A DNA stretch of 55,703 nucleotides from a virus (IMGVR_UViG_3300020156_000034:1-55703); one strand, 5' to 3'. Positions 8,740 to 18,498 are shown, counted from the first letter of the stretch. The notes: generated by a model from the sequence alone, not told the origin. Numbers and translations are program-made.

Positions 8740-11184
8740 GTGAACGAAGAGCAGGACATCGAGCAGTTGGACGACACCGCGGCGGATGCTCCCGCTCCCG
8801 CGACGTCCGCTGACGTGTCCCGGCAGAAGGGGCGGCAGGTCGACTATCAGGGCGCCGGCAAGCGCCTGATGGAACGCTGCATCACGGACGCCAAGAACAA
8901 CACCCCCCGCCTCGACCGTGACCGCGCCGACTGGCAGAACCTCCTCTTCCATCGCGGCGGACGCGACAATCACTGGTCCGTCTGGGACCGCACGACGCAA
9001 TCCTACGTCCCCCGCGGCACCGATCCCGAGAAGGGCGGCCTTCCGGAATGGGTCCCGCGGGCCTGCACGAACGTCTTCGCCACCAAGATCGACGGCATCG
9101 TCGCGATTCTCGACCAGTCGGACCCGTCGAAGCTGTTCTACCCCGCGACCGACGACGACGCGGACCGCGCGGCCGCCGAAGTGGCCGAGGACGCCGATCC
9201 CGTCCTCCTCGAGGAGATCGGGTACGACACCCACCGGCCGCAGTTGAACAAGCTCGCGACGCTGACCAACGGCGCCGCGCTCATCGTCTGGTTCGACAAC
9301 GACCCGAAGTACGGTCAGCAGGACATCCCGCTCCTCGCGTGCCCGACATGCGGCGTGCAGGTGACGCCGATGGTCCTTGAGGATGAGGGCAACGTCTGCC
9401 CGGGGCCGGAAGGCGCAGAGGAGCCCTGCGGCACCGACGGCGACACGTTCGAGCCGGTGATCGATCCGCTCGGCGTACCCCAGGGCGTCCCCTACAACAA
9501 GGGGAAGCTGTGCTCCGCGGTCATTCCGAGCTTCGAGTACTCCATACCGTCCTCCGCGCGCATCGCCAACTCGAACATGGTGCCCTGGGTGCTCACGCAC
9601 TCCAGCATGGCGAAGGAAGACGTCCTGGCGCGCTGGAAGAAGGCGAAAGCCGTGCTCGACCGCGCCTCGAACAACAAGGTCGGCGGCTCGCAGCGCGCCT
9701 TCGCGCGCGCGATGAAGCAGCTCTCGTCCCCGATCCGGGCGCAGCAGGGCGCCACGCTCACCAGTTCGGGGATGAACGAGCCGACGGTGTACATCCTCCA
9801 GCACGATCCCATCGACGAGGACGACTTCTACTTCCCGGACGGCTTCCACGGCGTGATGGTCGAGGACGAACTGGTCGAGTTCGGCCCGTTGCCGGTGAAG
9901 GACGACGACGACCGCGCGCGCAAGAGCATCTTGCTCCGGTCGTTTGCGAACTCGCCGGGCAGTCCGTACGCCAAGCCGCCGGCCGATGATCTCGTGCCGC
10001 TCCAGATCAGCCGCAACCTGGTCGAAAGCCTCATTCAGCTGATCCTCATGCACGACGCGGCGCCGCGGAACTGGATTCCGCTGAGCGTCACGCTCGAAAA
10101 CCAGCCGACCGGCCGCCCGGGCGAGTCCATCTTCTACCGCTCGACCATCCCGGGCGAGAAGCCGCAGACGGACCGCGGCGTCAATCCTCCCGAAGGTCTC
10201 TACAAATACCTCGAGATGATCGACGCGAAGTTCGAGGAGCTGTCGAAGCTCAATTCGGTCCTCGCGGGCGCGCGTCCCGAGGGCGATCCGACGCTCGGCG
10301 AGGTCCAGCGGCTCGAGGAGAACGGGATGCGGGCCTTCAAGGAACCGCTCGAACAGCTCATGACGTTCGAGCGCGACCTTTCCCGGCTCCTCCTCTGGCT
10401 GGCGAAAGACACCGCCTGGGCGGACCGCGCGCGCCGCATCCGCGGGGAGAACGGCCAGTGGGAGATCCGCGAGTTCAACGCCGCGGACATCGGCGGCAAG
10501 GTGGATCTCCTCATCGAGAAGGCGTCCGCCTGGCCGAAGAGCGTGCTGGCGCGCCGGATGGCGCTGAAGGAAGCCTTCGAGATGGGCGCGCTCCCACCGC
10601 CTGCCCAGGATCCGGAGCTGCAGCTCAAGGTCCTGACCGAGCTCGGCCTGACGGAGATGAAGCCGTCGATGGACGCCGACCGGAAGCAGATCGCGCGCGA
10701 ACTCGATCGCTGGAAGGCGGCGACCATGCCGCAGGAGATCGCGCCGCCGAACCCCGACACGCAGGAATTGCCGTTCCACTTGTTCTTCAAGAAGCAGTTC
10801 CTGAAGACGGAGGAGTTCGAGCAGCTGACGGCCGCCAATCCCGCTACGGCGCAGGCGATGGTCCAGCACGTTCAGATGATCCAGCAGATCCTCGCGCAGC
10901 AAGCCGCCGCGGCCGCCGCCGCACAGAACCCGCCTCCGCCGGACAACCGCACGCCCGCCGAGAAGGGCGACGGTTCCGCCGTGGAAGAGGCCGTGGCCAG
11001 CGGGGCGCTCATGCCCGCCGATGCCGCACCGCAGGCCGATCCGATGCAGGACGCGTTGAACGCGGGGGTGCTGATGCCCGCCGCGGCCGTGCCTGGTCCG
11101 ACCGGCCCCTCGATCGACCAGTTGATGGAGGCGGGCGCGATCGCGCCGGCGCCGCAGGATTCCGCGACCGCGCCCCCCGGATAG
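8740..11184 (+). CDS. Portal protein
   Basis: About 814 aa, between TerL and scaffold/capsid; helical, with a long Q/A/P-rich tail as in podovirus portals. Confidence 0.8.
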   Translation: MNEEQDIEQLDDTAADAPAPATSADVSRQKGRQVDYQGAGKRLMERCITDAKNNTPRLDRDRADWQNLLFHRGGRDNHWSVWDRTTQSYVPRGTDPEKGGLPEWVPRACTNVFATKIDGIVAILDQSDPSKLFYPATDDDADRAAAEVAEDADPVLLEEIGYDTHRPQLNKLATLTNGAALIVWFDNDPKYGQQDIPLLACPTCGVQVTPMVLEDEGNVCPGPEGAEEPCGTDGDTFEPVIDPLGVPQGVPYNKGKLCSAVIPSFEYSIPSSARIANSNMVPWVLTHSSMAKEDVLARWKKAKAVLDRASNNKVGGSQRAFARAMKQLSSPIRAQQGATLTSSGMNEPTVYILQHDPIDEDDFYFPDGFHGVMVEDELVEFGPLPVKDDDDRARKSILLRSFANSPGSPYAKPPADDLVPLQISRNLVESLIQLILMHDAAPRNWIPLSVTLENQPTGRPGESIFYRSTIPGEKPQTDRGVNPPEGLYKYLEMIDAKFEELSKLNSVLAGARPEGDPTLGEVQRLEENGMRAFKEPLEQLMTFERDLSRLLLWLAKDTAWADRARRIRGENGQWEIREFNAADIGGKVDLLIEKASAWPKSVLARRMALKEAFEMGALPPPAQDPELQLKVLTELGLTEMKPSMDADRKQIARELDRWKAATMPQEIAPPNPDTQELPFHLFFKKQFLKTEEFEQLTAANPATAQAMVQHVQMIQQILAQQAAAAAAAQNPPPPDNRTPAEKGDGSAVEEAVASGALMPADAAPQADPMQDALNAGVLMPAAAVPGPTGPSIDQLMEAGAIAPAPQDSATAPPG

Positions 11185-11367
11185 GGGCCGTCGCACACAG
11201 ATGTTGATGGGGACCGACCGCATGCACGTCGTCGTAACCCCGCCCGGCCGGCGACAGGCGCTCGGACCGGTCCCCATCGGCAACACGCTCCTCGCGCGAA
11301 AGGCCGCGAATCACCGTGGTGAGTCGCGAGGACACAGCGACGCGACGCGTCGCGTTACGGAGGCTCG

Positions 11368-12417
11368 ATGAATCGCATTGGCAAGGTCGCCTGGTTCGCT
11401 CACGGTTTTGTGCCTCTCATGGATGCACCGGACGCCGTGGGTGGCGGTGGCGGCGCGGACCCGGACGACGCAGGGGACGGCTCGCAACCGTCGGAAGACA
11501 GCGTCGACGTCGACAACAATCCCGAAGGTTCAGGCGCCACTGCTCCCAACAGCAACGGCGATGACGACGCCATCGAGGATCTGCTGATCGACGACGAGGA
11601 AGACGACGATCAGGCACAGAGATCACCAGAAGAGCGGATCAAGAAGCTCGCAACCAAGAACCGGAAACTGCGGCGGCGGCTGGCGAAAGCGGCCCCGGCG
11701 CTCGACCGGATCAAGGGGCTGGATCTCGACGCACTGATCTCACGCGCGAAGACGGCGGAACAGCTCGAAGCACAGCTTCAGCGGAACCCACGTCTGCGCG
11801 CGCTCATCAACGGCGAGGACGAGCCTGAGCCCGCCTCGCGCCGCACCGCCCGCACCCCGGACCCCGAGGATGCGGACTTTGACCCCAGCGAACTTCCGTT
11901 CGACGAGAACGAGAACGACGTGAACAGGTACTTCGGAAAGCTCGCGCGCAAGAACCACGAGTTGTCTCGTGAGCTGCGCAAGGTGAAGGCAGACCTGACA
12001 GACATCCGGTCCACCGACACCAAGCGCGTGGAGCAGACCGAACAGCAGGAGTGGATCTCGGCGATCAGCGCCGCAGCGAAGCAGATCGAAGACGAGACGA
12101 CCCGAATCCTGTTCAAGGATGCCATGGTCGCCGCGTTCAAGAGCCGGCGCGACCACGGTCGCACGCCGCAGCAGATCATCCAGCACTACCTGAAGGGTAA
12201 GGTCTCGCCTCAGACCGAGAAGCGGGCCGCCGCGGCCGCTGCCGGCGGAGCCAAGCCGGGTGCCACCGCCCGCGCGGCGACGCAGCAGCGCATCGCCCAG
12301 CAGACCACCAGTCAGACAACGCGCACGTTTGCGGCCAACGGCTCGCCCGCGCCCGCCAAGAAGACCCGCGAAACCATCGCGGACGTCAATCGGCGGATCC
12401 GGAATCTCGGGCAGTAG
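11368..12417 (+). CDS. Capsid scaffolding protein
   Basis: GGAGG RBS; very acidic N-terminus, coiled coils, basic C-terminal helix; directly before the capsid gene. Confidence 0.75.
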   Translation: MNRIGKVAWFAHGFVPLMDAPDAVGGGGGADPDDAGDGSQPSEDSVDVDNNPEGSGATAPNSNGDDDAIEDLLIDDEEDDDQAQRSPEERIKKLATKNRKLRRRLAKAAPALDRIKGLDLDALISRAKTAEQLEAQLQRNPRLRALINGEDEPEPASRRTARTPDPEDADFDPSELPFDENENDVNRYFGKLARKNHELSRELRKVKADLTDIRSTDTKRVEQTEQQEWISAISAAAKQIEDETTRILFKDAMVAAFKSRRDHGRTPQQIIQHYLKGKVSPQTEKRAAAAAAGGAKPGATARAATQQRIAQQTTSQTTRTFAANGSPAPAKKTRETIADVNRRIRNLGQ

Positions 12418-12444
12418 GGCACGTAACGGCGCCGGAGAACGCTT

Positions 12445-13791
12445 ATGAAGAATCGCATGTCACTCGCCGGCACGCTGGTCCTGCTCATGTCAGGCCAGGC
12501 GTCCGCGCACATGCCGGGGTCGGACCTCTCGCAGTGGGACCCACTGTTCAAGGACGACTACGCCCCGGCCATCGTCAATCAGCTCGGTGACGAGAACGTC
12601 ATCCTGAAGTTCATGGAGTCCGAGACGCCGGACGACACCTGGCAGGGCCGCAAGAAGGTCATCCCGATCAAGATCGGCCGCAATTGGGCGACCGGCTCGA
12701 TCGGCGCCGGCGGCCGCCTGCCGCAGGCGGGTCGCTCGGCCTACGAGAACTTCGAAGTGCCAATGCGGGACACGTACACCCGCGTGGGCTTCGAACGCTG
12801 GGTCATCGAGCAGAGCCGCAACAAGAAGGGCTCCTGGCAGCAGGTGATCCCGGCCGAAATGGAAGCGGCCACCGAGGACCTCGCGTTCCAGCGCAACCGC
12901 GTGTGCTGGGGCTACGGTTCGGGCATCCTCGCCCTGGTCAACGGCGCGCAGAACGCCGACACCACGATCGAAGTGGACTCGCCCGGCAACGTGGCGGGCT
13001 CGGTCATGGGGAACCGCTACCTGTTCGGGGATGACACCTCGGGCATGTTCGTGGCCTTCCTCGACTCGAACAACGTGGTGCAGGGCACCGGGACGATCAC
13101 CGGCTACTCGGCCGCGGGCACGTCGATCACGGTCGACACCCCGATCACCTGCGACGACAACGCCAAGATCGTCATGGCGCAGAACGCGTCGCAGAACTCG
13201 TACAACAAGGAGCCGGAAGGCATCCTGGCGGGGATTGACGACGGCACCTACGTGGGCACGTACCACGGGCTATCGCGCACGCAGTACCCGATCCTGAAGT
13301 CGCACATCGTCACCGGCGTGGGGGCGCTGTCGCTCGACGCGATCCAGCAGCCGATCGACGCCGTGTCGATCCGCGTGGGCAAGACGATCGACTTCTTCGC
13401 CGCCGAGCACGCTGTGCGCCGCGCCTACCTCGCGCTGCTCGAGGCCGACCGCCGCTACACCGGCGCAAACCTCATGGCGCCGGACGGCGGCACGAAGGCC
13501 GCGAAGAAGCCCACCGGCAAGGCGATCACCTACGGCGACATCCCCATCGTCGTGGACCGCGACGCGCCCTACCGGATGCTCTTCGGCATCAACAAGGGCT
13601 CCTGGACCCGCTACGTCGAGAACGAGGGCCAGTGGGCCGACGACGACGGGCACGTCATGAAGTGGGTGTCCGAGTACGACCAGTGGACCGCCTTCTTCTA
13701 CATGCTGGACAACTTCCACTGCCAGCAGAGCAACCGCAACTTCCGCATGGAAGGCATCGACGTCACGCAGCTGCTCGCGCACTCCTTCTAA
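12445..13791 (+). CDS. Major capsid protein with signal-peptide-like leader
   Basis: Position after the scaffold; 448 aa; strongly biased codons; pattern LFKDDY..IVNQL...GRLPQAG; downstream hairpin. Confidence 0.85.
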   Translation: MKNRMSLAGTLVLLMSGQASAHMPGSDLSQWDPLFKDDYAPAIVNQLGDENVILKFMESETPDDTWQGRKKVIPIKIGRNWATGSIGAGGRLPQAGRSAYENFEVPMRDTYTRVGFERWVIEQSRNKKGSWQQVIPAEMEAATEDLAFQRNRVCWGYGSGILALVNGAQNADTTIEVDSPGNVAGSVMGNRYLFGDDTSGMFVAFLDSNNVVQGTGTITGYSAAGTSITVDTPITCDDNAKIVMAQNASQNSYNKEPEGILAGIDDGTYVGTYHGLSRTQYPILKSHIVTGVGALSLDAIQQPIDAVSIRVGKTIDFFAAEHAVRRAYLALLEADRRYTGANLMAPDGGTKAAKKPTGKAITYGDIPIVVDRDAPYRMLFGINKGSWTRYVENEGQWADDDGHVMKWVSEYDQWTAFFYMLDNFHCQQSNRNFRMEGIDVTQLLAHSF

Positions 13792-13813
13792 GGAGCGCCG
13801 GCGGCTGAAACAT

Positions 13814-13851
13814 CCCGCCGGAGGGTCACAGGATCCTCCGGCGGGCGCTTC
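13814..13851 (+). terminator. GC hairpin after the capsid gene (terminator or mRNA stabiliser)
   Basis: CCCGCCGGAGG/CCTCCGGCGGG perfect 11-bp stem; weak U tract. Confidence 0.6.
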
Positions 13852-13874
13852 ACTCATCAATACACAGAGGCTTT

Positions 13875-14498
13875 ATGAACTCGATCATTCCGGACGGCGC
13901 AGAGATCAAGGATCTGACGGCGGCGCAGAACAACCCGACGATGAAGATCCGGACGGATCAGCCCGTGGTCTGCATCAACCGCGGGCGCAAGCCACTGTCG
14001 GACGCGTTCGACGGGCGCCACATCACCATTCCGCCCGGGCACTTCCGCATGGAGTACGGCGCGGCGAAGCATTTCCAGATGCGCCTCATCGTCCCGGGCA
14101 CCCGCAATCTCGAGGTCGGCGGGTTCCAGAGCTGGATCGGGATTCTCGGCACCGAGGACGGCCGGATCAAGGTCGACAAGCCGGAGCTGTGCCGGCCGTT
14201 CACCGACGAAGAACTCCAGAAGTTCGGCGAGGCCGTCGAGGCGATCGACCGTTCGGCCATGAGCAACGCGGCCGATCGCGACGTCAAGCCGACGTCGGTG
14301 GCGCAGGTGCAGGCGCACACCTTCGGCCAGGGCGGCGGCCGGCCGCAGATCGACGCGTCGGCCCAGGCGACCCCGGGCGCGGCCGAAGCCGCGGACGACG
14401 TGTTCGCCCCCCCGGCCGAGAGCGCCACGCGCGAGGCCCAGGCGGAAGCCCAGGCTGAGGGCGCGGCGCCCGCAGCGACAGGACGGCGCCGCCGGTGA
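13875..14498 (+). CDS. Hypothetical head-module protein
   Basis: GAGG RBS; ORF follows the capsid gene. Confidence 0.75.
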   Translation: MNSIIPDGAEIKDLTAAQNNPTMKIRTDQPVVCINRGRKPLSDAFDGRHITIPPGHFRMEYGAAKHFQMRLIVPGTRNLEVGGFQSWIGILGTEDGRIKVDKPELCRPFTDEELQKFGEAVEAIDRSAMSNAADRDVKPTSVAQVQAHTFGQGGGRPQIDASAQATPGAAEAADDVFAPPAESATREAQAEAQAEGAAPAATGRRRR

Positions 14499-15025
14499 GC
14501 ACCCCGCACGTTCCGGTCCCCGTGCACTTGCGGCTTCCGCCGCAGTTCGAAGACGTGCAGGGCTATCTCCGCCTGATCGATCCGGAACTCCGGATTCGAC
14601 GTAGCGCGGAGAACGGCATGCTCTACGTCCTCGAGCGCCGGTGTCGGCGGTCGCCCGCGGTGAACACGGGGATGCGGGACCAGTCGGATATGCACATCCA
14701 GGCGCGGGACGGCTACATCCACGTCGCCACCACGCTCGAAATCTGGCTCACGAAGCCCTGGAACATCGTGCGCGCGCTCGTCGAGGAGGGCGCGGACCTG
14801 TGGGCCGAGGGTGGCGCGCAGAAGTACTGCACCGAGCAGGAATACGAAGAGAACTGGCAGAAGGAAACCCGGAAGCGCCGGCGCCTCGGGCTCTACCGAG
14901 ACATCGCGATCGACGGGATCCGCGCGCTGGACCGCATGAACATCGGCGGGGAGCGCACCAGATTTAACAATCCGGGAGTGCCCGGCAGGACACACGCGGA
15001 TTTTATCGGCGCCCCGGCGTCGTAA
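14495..15025 (+). CDS. Hypothetical head-module protein
   Basis: GTGA coupling. Confidence 0.7.
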   Translation: MSTPHVPVPVHLRLPPQFEDVQGYLRLIDPELRIRRSAENGMLYVLERRCRRSPAVNTGMRDQSDMHIQARDGYIHVATTLEIWLTKPWNIVRALVEEGADLWAEGGAQKYCTEQEYEENWQKETRKRRRLGLYRDIAIDGIRALDRMNIGGERTRFNNPGVPGRTHADFIGAPAS

Positions 15026-15416
15026 GAGCCCGATGAACAGACCAGCCGCGCTTCAGACGGGTGCGAATAGTGACTGGATTCAGTCCCTTTTCGTTCGCCC
15101 ACTCGTGCAGCGACCTGGTCGCACCCATAAACGTCAGGCGCGTCGTGAGCCTGGTGTTGTTCATCTGCTCGACGTGCCTGGCCCACCGGACGTTGCCCGG
15201 TTCGTAGTCGCGGTCATTGTCGATGCGTTCCAGTTCGTGCTCAGGCGTCGGACGAGGACCCACGTCAGCGATGAACACCTTGAATCGGCGCCAAGAAGGG
15301 TGAACCGAAATGCCGCGGCCCCCATAGCTGGCGTACGAGGTCGCGCGTGGGTTCGTGCATCGCTGAATCATCATCGCCCAGCAGTTGTACTCGGCCGGGC
15401 GTTGGCGGAACGGCAT
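15003..15416 (-). CDS. HNH-type homing endonuclease-like protein
   Basis: W..MIQRC.NP....Y..YGGRGISV...W..F..F..DVG.RP....LERIDND..YEPGNVRWA. Confidence 0.85.
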   Translation of the reverse strand: MPFRQRPAEYNCWAMMIQRCTNPRATSYASYGGRGISVHPSWRRFKVFIADVGPRPTPEHELERIDNDRDYEPGNVRWARHVEQMNNTRLTTRLTFMGATRSLHEWANEKGLNPVTIRTRLKRGWSVHRALTTPGRR

Positions 15417-15422
15417 AACCCG

Positions 15423-15451
15423 AGTGTATTCGGGATCTGTCGTCTTAACAA
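15423..15451 (-). promoter_or_regulatory. Sigma70-like promoter for a leaderless HNH mRNA
   Basis: Minus strand reads TTGTTA-17 nt-TACACT-6 nt-ATG. Confidence 0.5.
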
Positions 15452-15536
15452 CCCCGATCTGACGCTCACGACAGAAGGTCGTCAGGTCGGACAGGCCGCT
15501 CCGGCCTAACGGAGCAAGAAGGAAGGGGAGATCCCT

Positions 15537-15911
15537 ATGCGCTCAGACTCCAAGCGTGTGATTGGCAAAGCCGCCAGCTACACCATCAACCCGAACGGCG
15601 ACCGCGGCGGGTCGGTGTTCACGAACGACGGGGCCACCGGCGCCGTCGACTTCACCCTGCCGACGCCGAACGCGAACGCGCTCGGTCTCGAGTATCGAGC
15701 CGTCGGCGTCGCGGACTTCGCGGTTGGCTTCGTCGGCGCCACAGCCGGCGACATCGTCACAAAGAACGACGTCGCCGCGGATTCCGTCAAGGCGCAGACC
15801 GCCGGCGAGATCATCGGCGCCGAGCTGCTCGCCCGCTGCGTGAAGGTCAGCGGCGGCTACAAGTGGCAGGTCATCGGCGTCGCCGTCGGCCACACCTACA
15901 CCGTCGCGTAA
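15537..15911 (+). CDS. Putative capsid decoration/head-fibre protein (paralog A)
   Basis: FTNDGATGAVDFTLP...GVAVGHTYTVA; homologous to the next gene. Confidence 0.6.
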   Translation: MRSDSKRVIGKAASYTINPNGDRGGSVFTNDGATGAVDFTLPTPNANALGLEYRAVGVADFAVGFVGATAGDIVTKNDVAADSVKAQTAGEIIGAELLARCVKVSGGYKWQVIGVAVGHTYTVA

Positions 15912-15984
15912 TTCCGGGCCGGTGGCGCGTCCTCGGCTCCTCGTTCATCGCTTTGTTTCCGTGTTTCGTTGAAGGGAGATCCTT

Positions 15985-16551
15985 ATGAAGAAGAACCTGC
16001 TCTACGCCCTCATGGCGTCCGTCGTGGCGCTCCTCGTCCTGGCGATCGCGCCGCTGTTCGGCGCGCCGGCGCCCACGCTCGACACCTACGGGTCCCTGGG
16101 CGTCATCGGACTGGCCGGTACCACGTTCCTCCTGGCCGAGCCGACGGTGAAGAACCTGATCGCGCTCGGCTATCTCAGCGCCACCGGACAGCTGAACATG
16201 GTGCGGCGCGTGGTCGCGAAGACCGCCGACTATGCCGTGCTCGCCTCCGACGGGTCCGGCACCCTGTTCACCAACCGCGGCGCGGCCGGGACGGTGATCT
16301 TCACCCTGCCGGCGCCGGCGGCGGCGCTGGCAGGCTACGTGTTCCGGTTCAAGGCGCACGCCGACCAGACCATTACCGTCAAGACGGCGACCGCTGACAC
16401 CCTCGTGGTCCTGAACGACGCGGCGGCTGACTCGCTGTCGCTGTCGACGGCCGGCGAGAAGATCGGCGGCGAGATCGAGGCGTTCTGTGACGGCACGAGC
16501 TGGTTCGCCAGCGGCGTGGCGGTGGGGCACACCTACACGATCGCCACCTAG
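15985..16551 (+). CDS. Paralog B, with hydrophobic N-terminal extension
   Basis: FTNRGAAGTVIFTLP...GVAVGHTYTIA preceded by two hydrophobic segments. Confidence 0.6.
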   Translation: MKKNLLYALMASVVALLVLAIAPLFGAPAPTLDTYGSLGVIGLAGTTFLLAEPTVKNLIALGYLSATGQLNMVRRVVAKTADYAVLASDGSGTLFTNRGAAGTVIFTLPAPAAALAGYVFRFKAHADQTITVKTATADTLVVLNDAAADSLSLSTAGEKIGGEIEAFCDGTSWFASGVAVGHTYTIAT

Positions 16552-16560
16552 TTCTGAGGC

Positions 16561-16628
16561 GGGGCTGGGCGCGGGTTTCCTCCTTGGCGGTGGGTCCCCC
16601 CCTTCCGTCGGCCCGCGTGCCAGCCCCT
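16561..16628 (+). terminator. Long GC-rich stem-loop in intergenic DNA
   Basis: GGGGCTGG..GCGCGGG pairs with CCCGCGT..CCAGCCCC. Confidence 0.4.
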
Positions 16629-16664
16629 CTCAGGATGTGACGCAACTCTTCTCAGGAGATCGCC

Positions 16665-17168
16665 ATGCAGCTGTTTCTGAAGCGTCTCTCGCTCGCCGTG
16701 GCCGCCATCCTCCTCGCCGGCGTCATCGCGCCGAACGTGGAGCCGCCGGCCGAATTGCCCCTCATGCCGCACGAGATCCGCACCGACGGGTCCCTGCGCG
16801 AACAGTTCAACGCACCGAGCGAGCTGGATCGGTGGCTGCTGGCCAACGGGCTGCTGGAGCCCGTGACGCTCGAGGCGCAGGGCACGCGCGCGCCGGTGCG
16901 GCTCATCGCCCCGTATCGGGTCACCGTCGGGACGTCCGCCGAGCAGGTCACGGATTCCGGCAACGTCAACGGCGGCGTCGTCATCAAGGCTATTTGTCCA
17001 GGGCAGACCATCTATGTCGGCGTCTCGTCCTCGGTGACGACGTCCACCGGCTACCCGCTCTCGGATGGTGAAACCCTCACGTTGGAGGTTCGGAATGCGA
17101 ACGCCCTCTATGTCATTGCGTCGGCTGCTGCTCAGTCTGTCGCTGTGCTGCCTTTCTCTCGGTACTAG
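16665..17168 (+). CDS. Putative virion protein with signal peptide (beta-rich)
   Basis: AGGAG RBS; MQLFLKRLSLAVAAILLAG; C-terminal IYVG...TSTGYPLSDGETLTL beta domain. Confidence 0.7.
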   Translation: MQLFLKRLSLAVAAILLAGVIAPNVEPPAELPLMPHEIRTDGSLREQFNAPSELDRWLLANGLLEPVTLEAQGTRAPVRLIAPYRVTVGTSAEQVTDSGNVNGGVVIKAICPGQTIYVGVSSSVTTSTGYPLSDGETLTLEVRNANALYVIASAAAQSVAVLPFSRY

Positions 17169-18063
17169 CGTCGGTCCGGCGTTCGCGCAGCAGTCCGGTC
17201 CCGGCGTGCTGCCAGGCGGCAGCGGGGGGGGTAGTGGTGTCACCGTTCCTGGATCCGATACCCAGATCATCTTCAACGATGGCGGGTCGTTCGGTGCGGA
17301 CAGCGGGCTGACGTTCAACAAGGCGACGGACGCGCTCACGATTGGGGGCAACGTCACACTGCTGGGCGAAGCCGCCAACGTGCTGGCGCTGAGAAACGGC
17401 ACGAACGCGCAGCAGCTCTTTCTCTATAACAGCTACACCGATGCCAGCAACTACGAACGCTTCCAGATGGCATGGTCGGGCAACACGCTCTATCTCAACA
17501 CAGCCAAGGGGGGCACGGGCACGGCACGGGGACTCACTATTCGCACGGATGGTAGCGGTGACCTGTCGTTCGGCACCGCTGCAACGGATCGGTGGAAAGT
17601 CGGCGGAACGAATGGTCACTGGCTGGCAGGGGCAGATAACACCTACGACATCGGGGCAAGCGGGGCGACACGCCCACGAGCAGGCTACTTCGGCACCTCA
17701 GTGAATATCGGAGGCTTCGCGAGACTGACTTCCTCAAACATCGCCGTCCCTGCAATGCAGGTGAAGTCCCTCGACGGTTCTACGTGGACCCGTATTGAGG
17801 CACTAACCATTGGCGTGCAGGCTGCTGGCTACATTGATTGGGCGGGCCGCAGCTATATCACGTCCCCAGCCAACGCGCAGATTCAGTTCAACAACACAGC
17901 AGGCACATCGAGCTGCAAAGTCATCTGGGGCGATGGCACTCCTGAGTCTGCCGTCGTGGGCAACGTCTGTGACTTCTACCTCCGCACCGATGGTGGCGCA
18001 GGCAGCACGTTCTACGTGAAGGAATCGGGCGCAGCCACCAACACCGGCTGGGTCGCAAAATAA
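17110..18063 (+). CDS. Fibre-like virion protein with signal peptide
   Basis: GSDTQIIFNDGGSFGADSGLTF and GTPESAVVGNVCDFYLRTDGG..TFYVKESG...TGWVAK fibre motifs; leader ends in AFA-QQ. Confidence 0.7.
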   Translation: MSLRRLLLSLSLCCLSLGTSVGPAFAQQSGPGVLPGGSGGGSGVTVPGSDTQIIFNDGGSFGADSGLTFNKATDALTIGGNVTLLGEAANVLALRNGTNAQQLFLYNSYTDASNYERFQMAWSGNTLYLNTAKGGTGTARGLTIRTDGSGDLSFGTAATDRWKVGGTNGHWLAGADNTYDIGASGATRPRAGYFGTSVNIGGFARLTSSNIAVPAMQVKSLDGSTWTRIEALTIGVQAAGYIDWAGRSYITSPANAQIQFNNTAGTSSCKVIWGDGTPESAVVGNVCDFYLRTDGGAGSTFYVKESGAATNTGWVAK

Positions 18064-18080
18064 ACCAAGGGAGATCAATC

Positions 18081-18494
18081 ATGCGAAAGCTCGCTCTACT
18101 ACTGCTCATCGTGCTTGTTGCGGTTTCGCCCCTTCGCGGAGAGTCCCCGGAATCCACGACCCAGATGAAGCTGGCGGTGGAACCGACGTTCCTGGCGCGG
18201 CTGCAGTACGTCATGGTCCAGCAGGCCCGCACGGTCAAGGCTGAAGCCCTCGACACCGCCTGCCACGCTGAGCGCACGGCCTTCGCAGATCGCGTGATCG
18301 ACTTCCCACCCGAGATGGCGGCGAAGTCAGCGGTGATGCTGGTGGGCGGCGTCAATCTCATCGGGACCGTGACGGTAACTCCAGCTTCAGGGGACACACC
18401 CGAGAGCGTGACCACCTCCGTCACCGACGCGGCGCTCCTGTCGCAGGTCGCCACGTTCTGGAACGCCCTATCCAAATGCGACACCGGGAGTTGA
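18081..18494 (+). CDS. Hypothetical protein with signal peptide
   Basis: GGGAG RBS; MRKLALLLLIVLVAVSPLRG. Confidence 0.7.
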   Translation: MRKLALLLLIVLVAVSPLRGESPESTTQMKLAVEPTFLARLQYVMVQQARTVKAEALDTACHAERTAFADRVIDFPPEMAAKSAVMLVGGVNLIGTVTVTPASGDTPESVTTSVTDAALLSQVATFWNALSKCDTGS

Positions 18495-18498
18495 CATC

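Noticed and set aside
8428-11286. 952-aa minus-strand ORF and similar long antisense ORFs (4997-7162, 25047-27410, 31908-34640, 36474-38963)
   Set aside because: Shadow frames of GC-rich genes on the opposite strand; R/G/L-rich with no motifs
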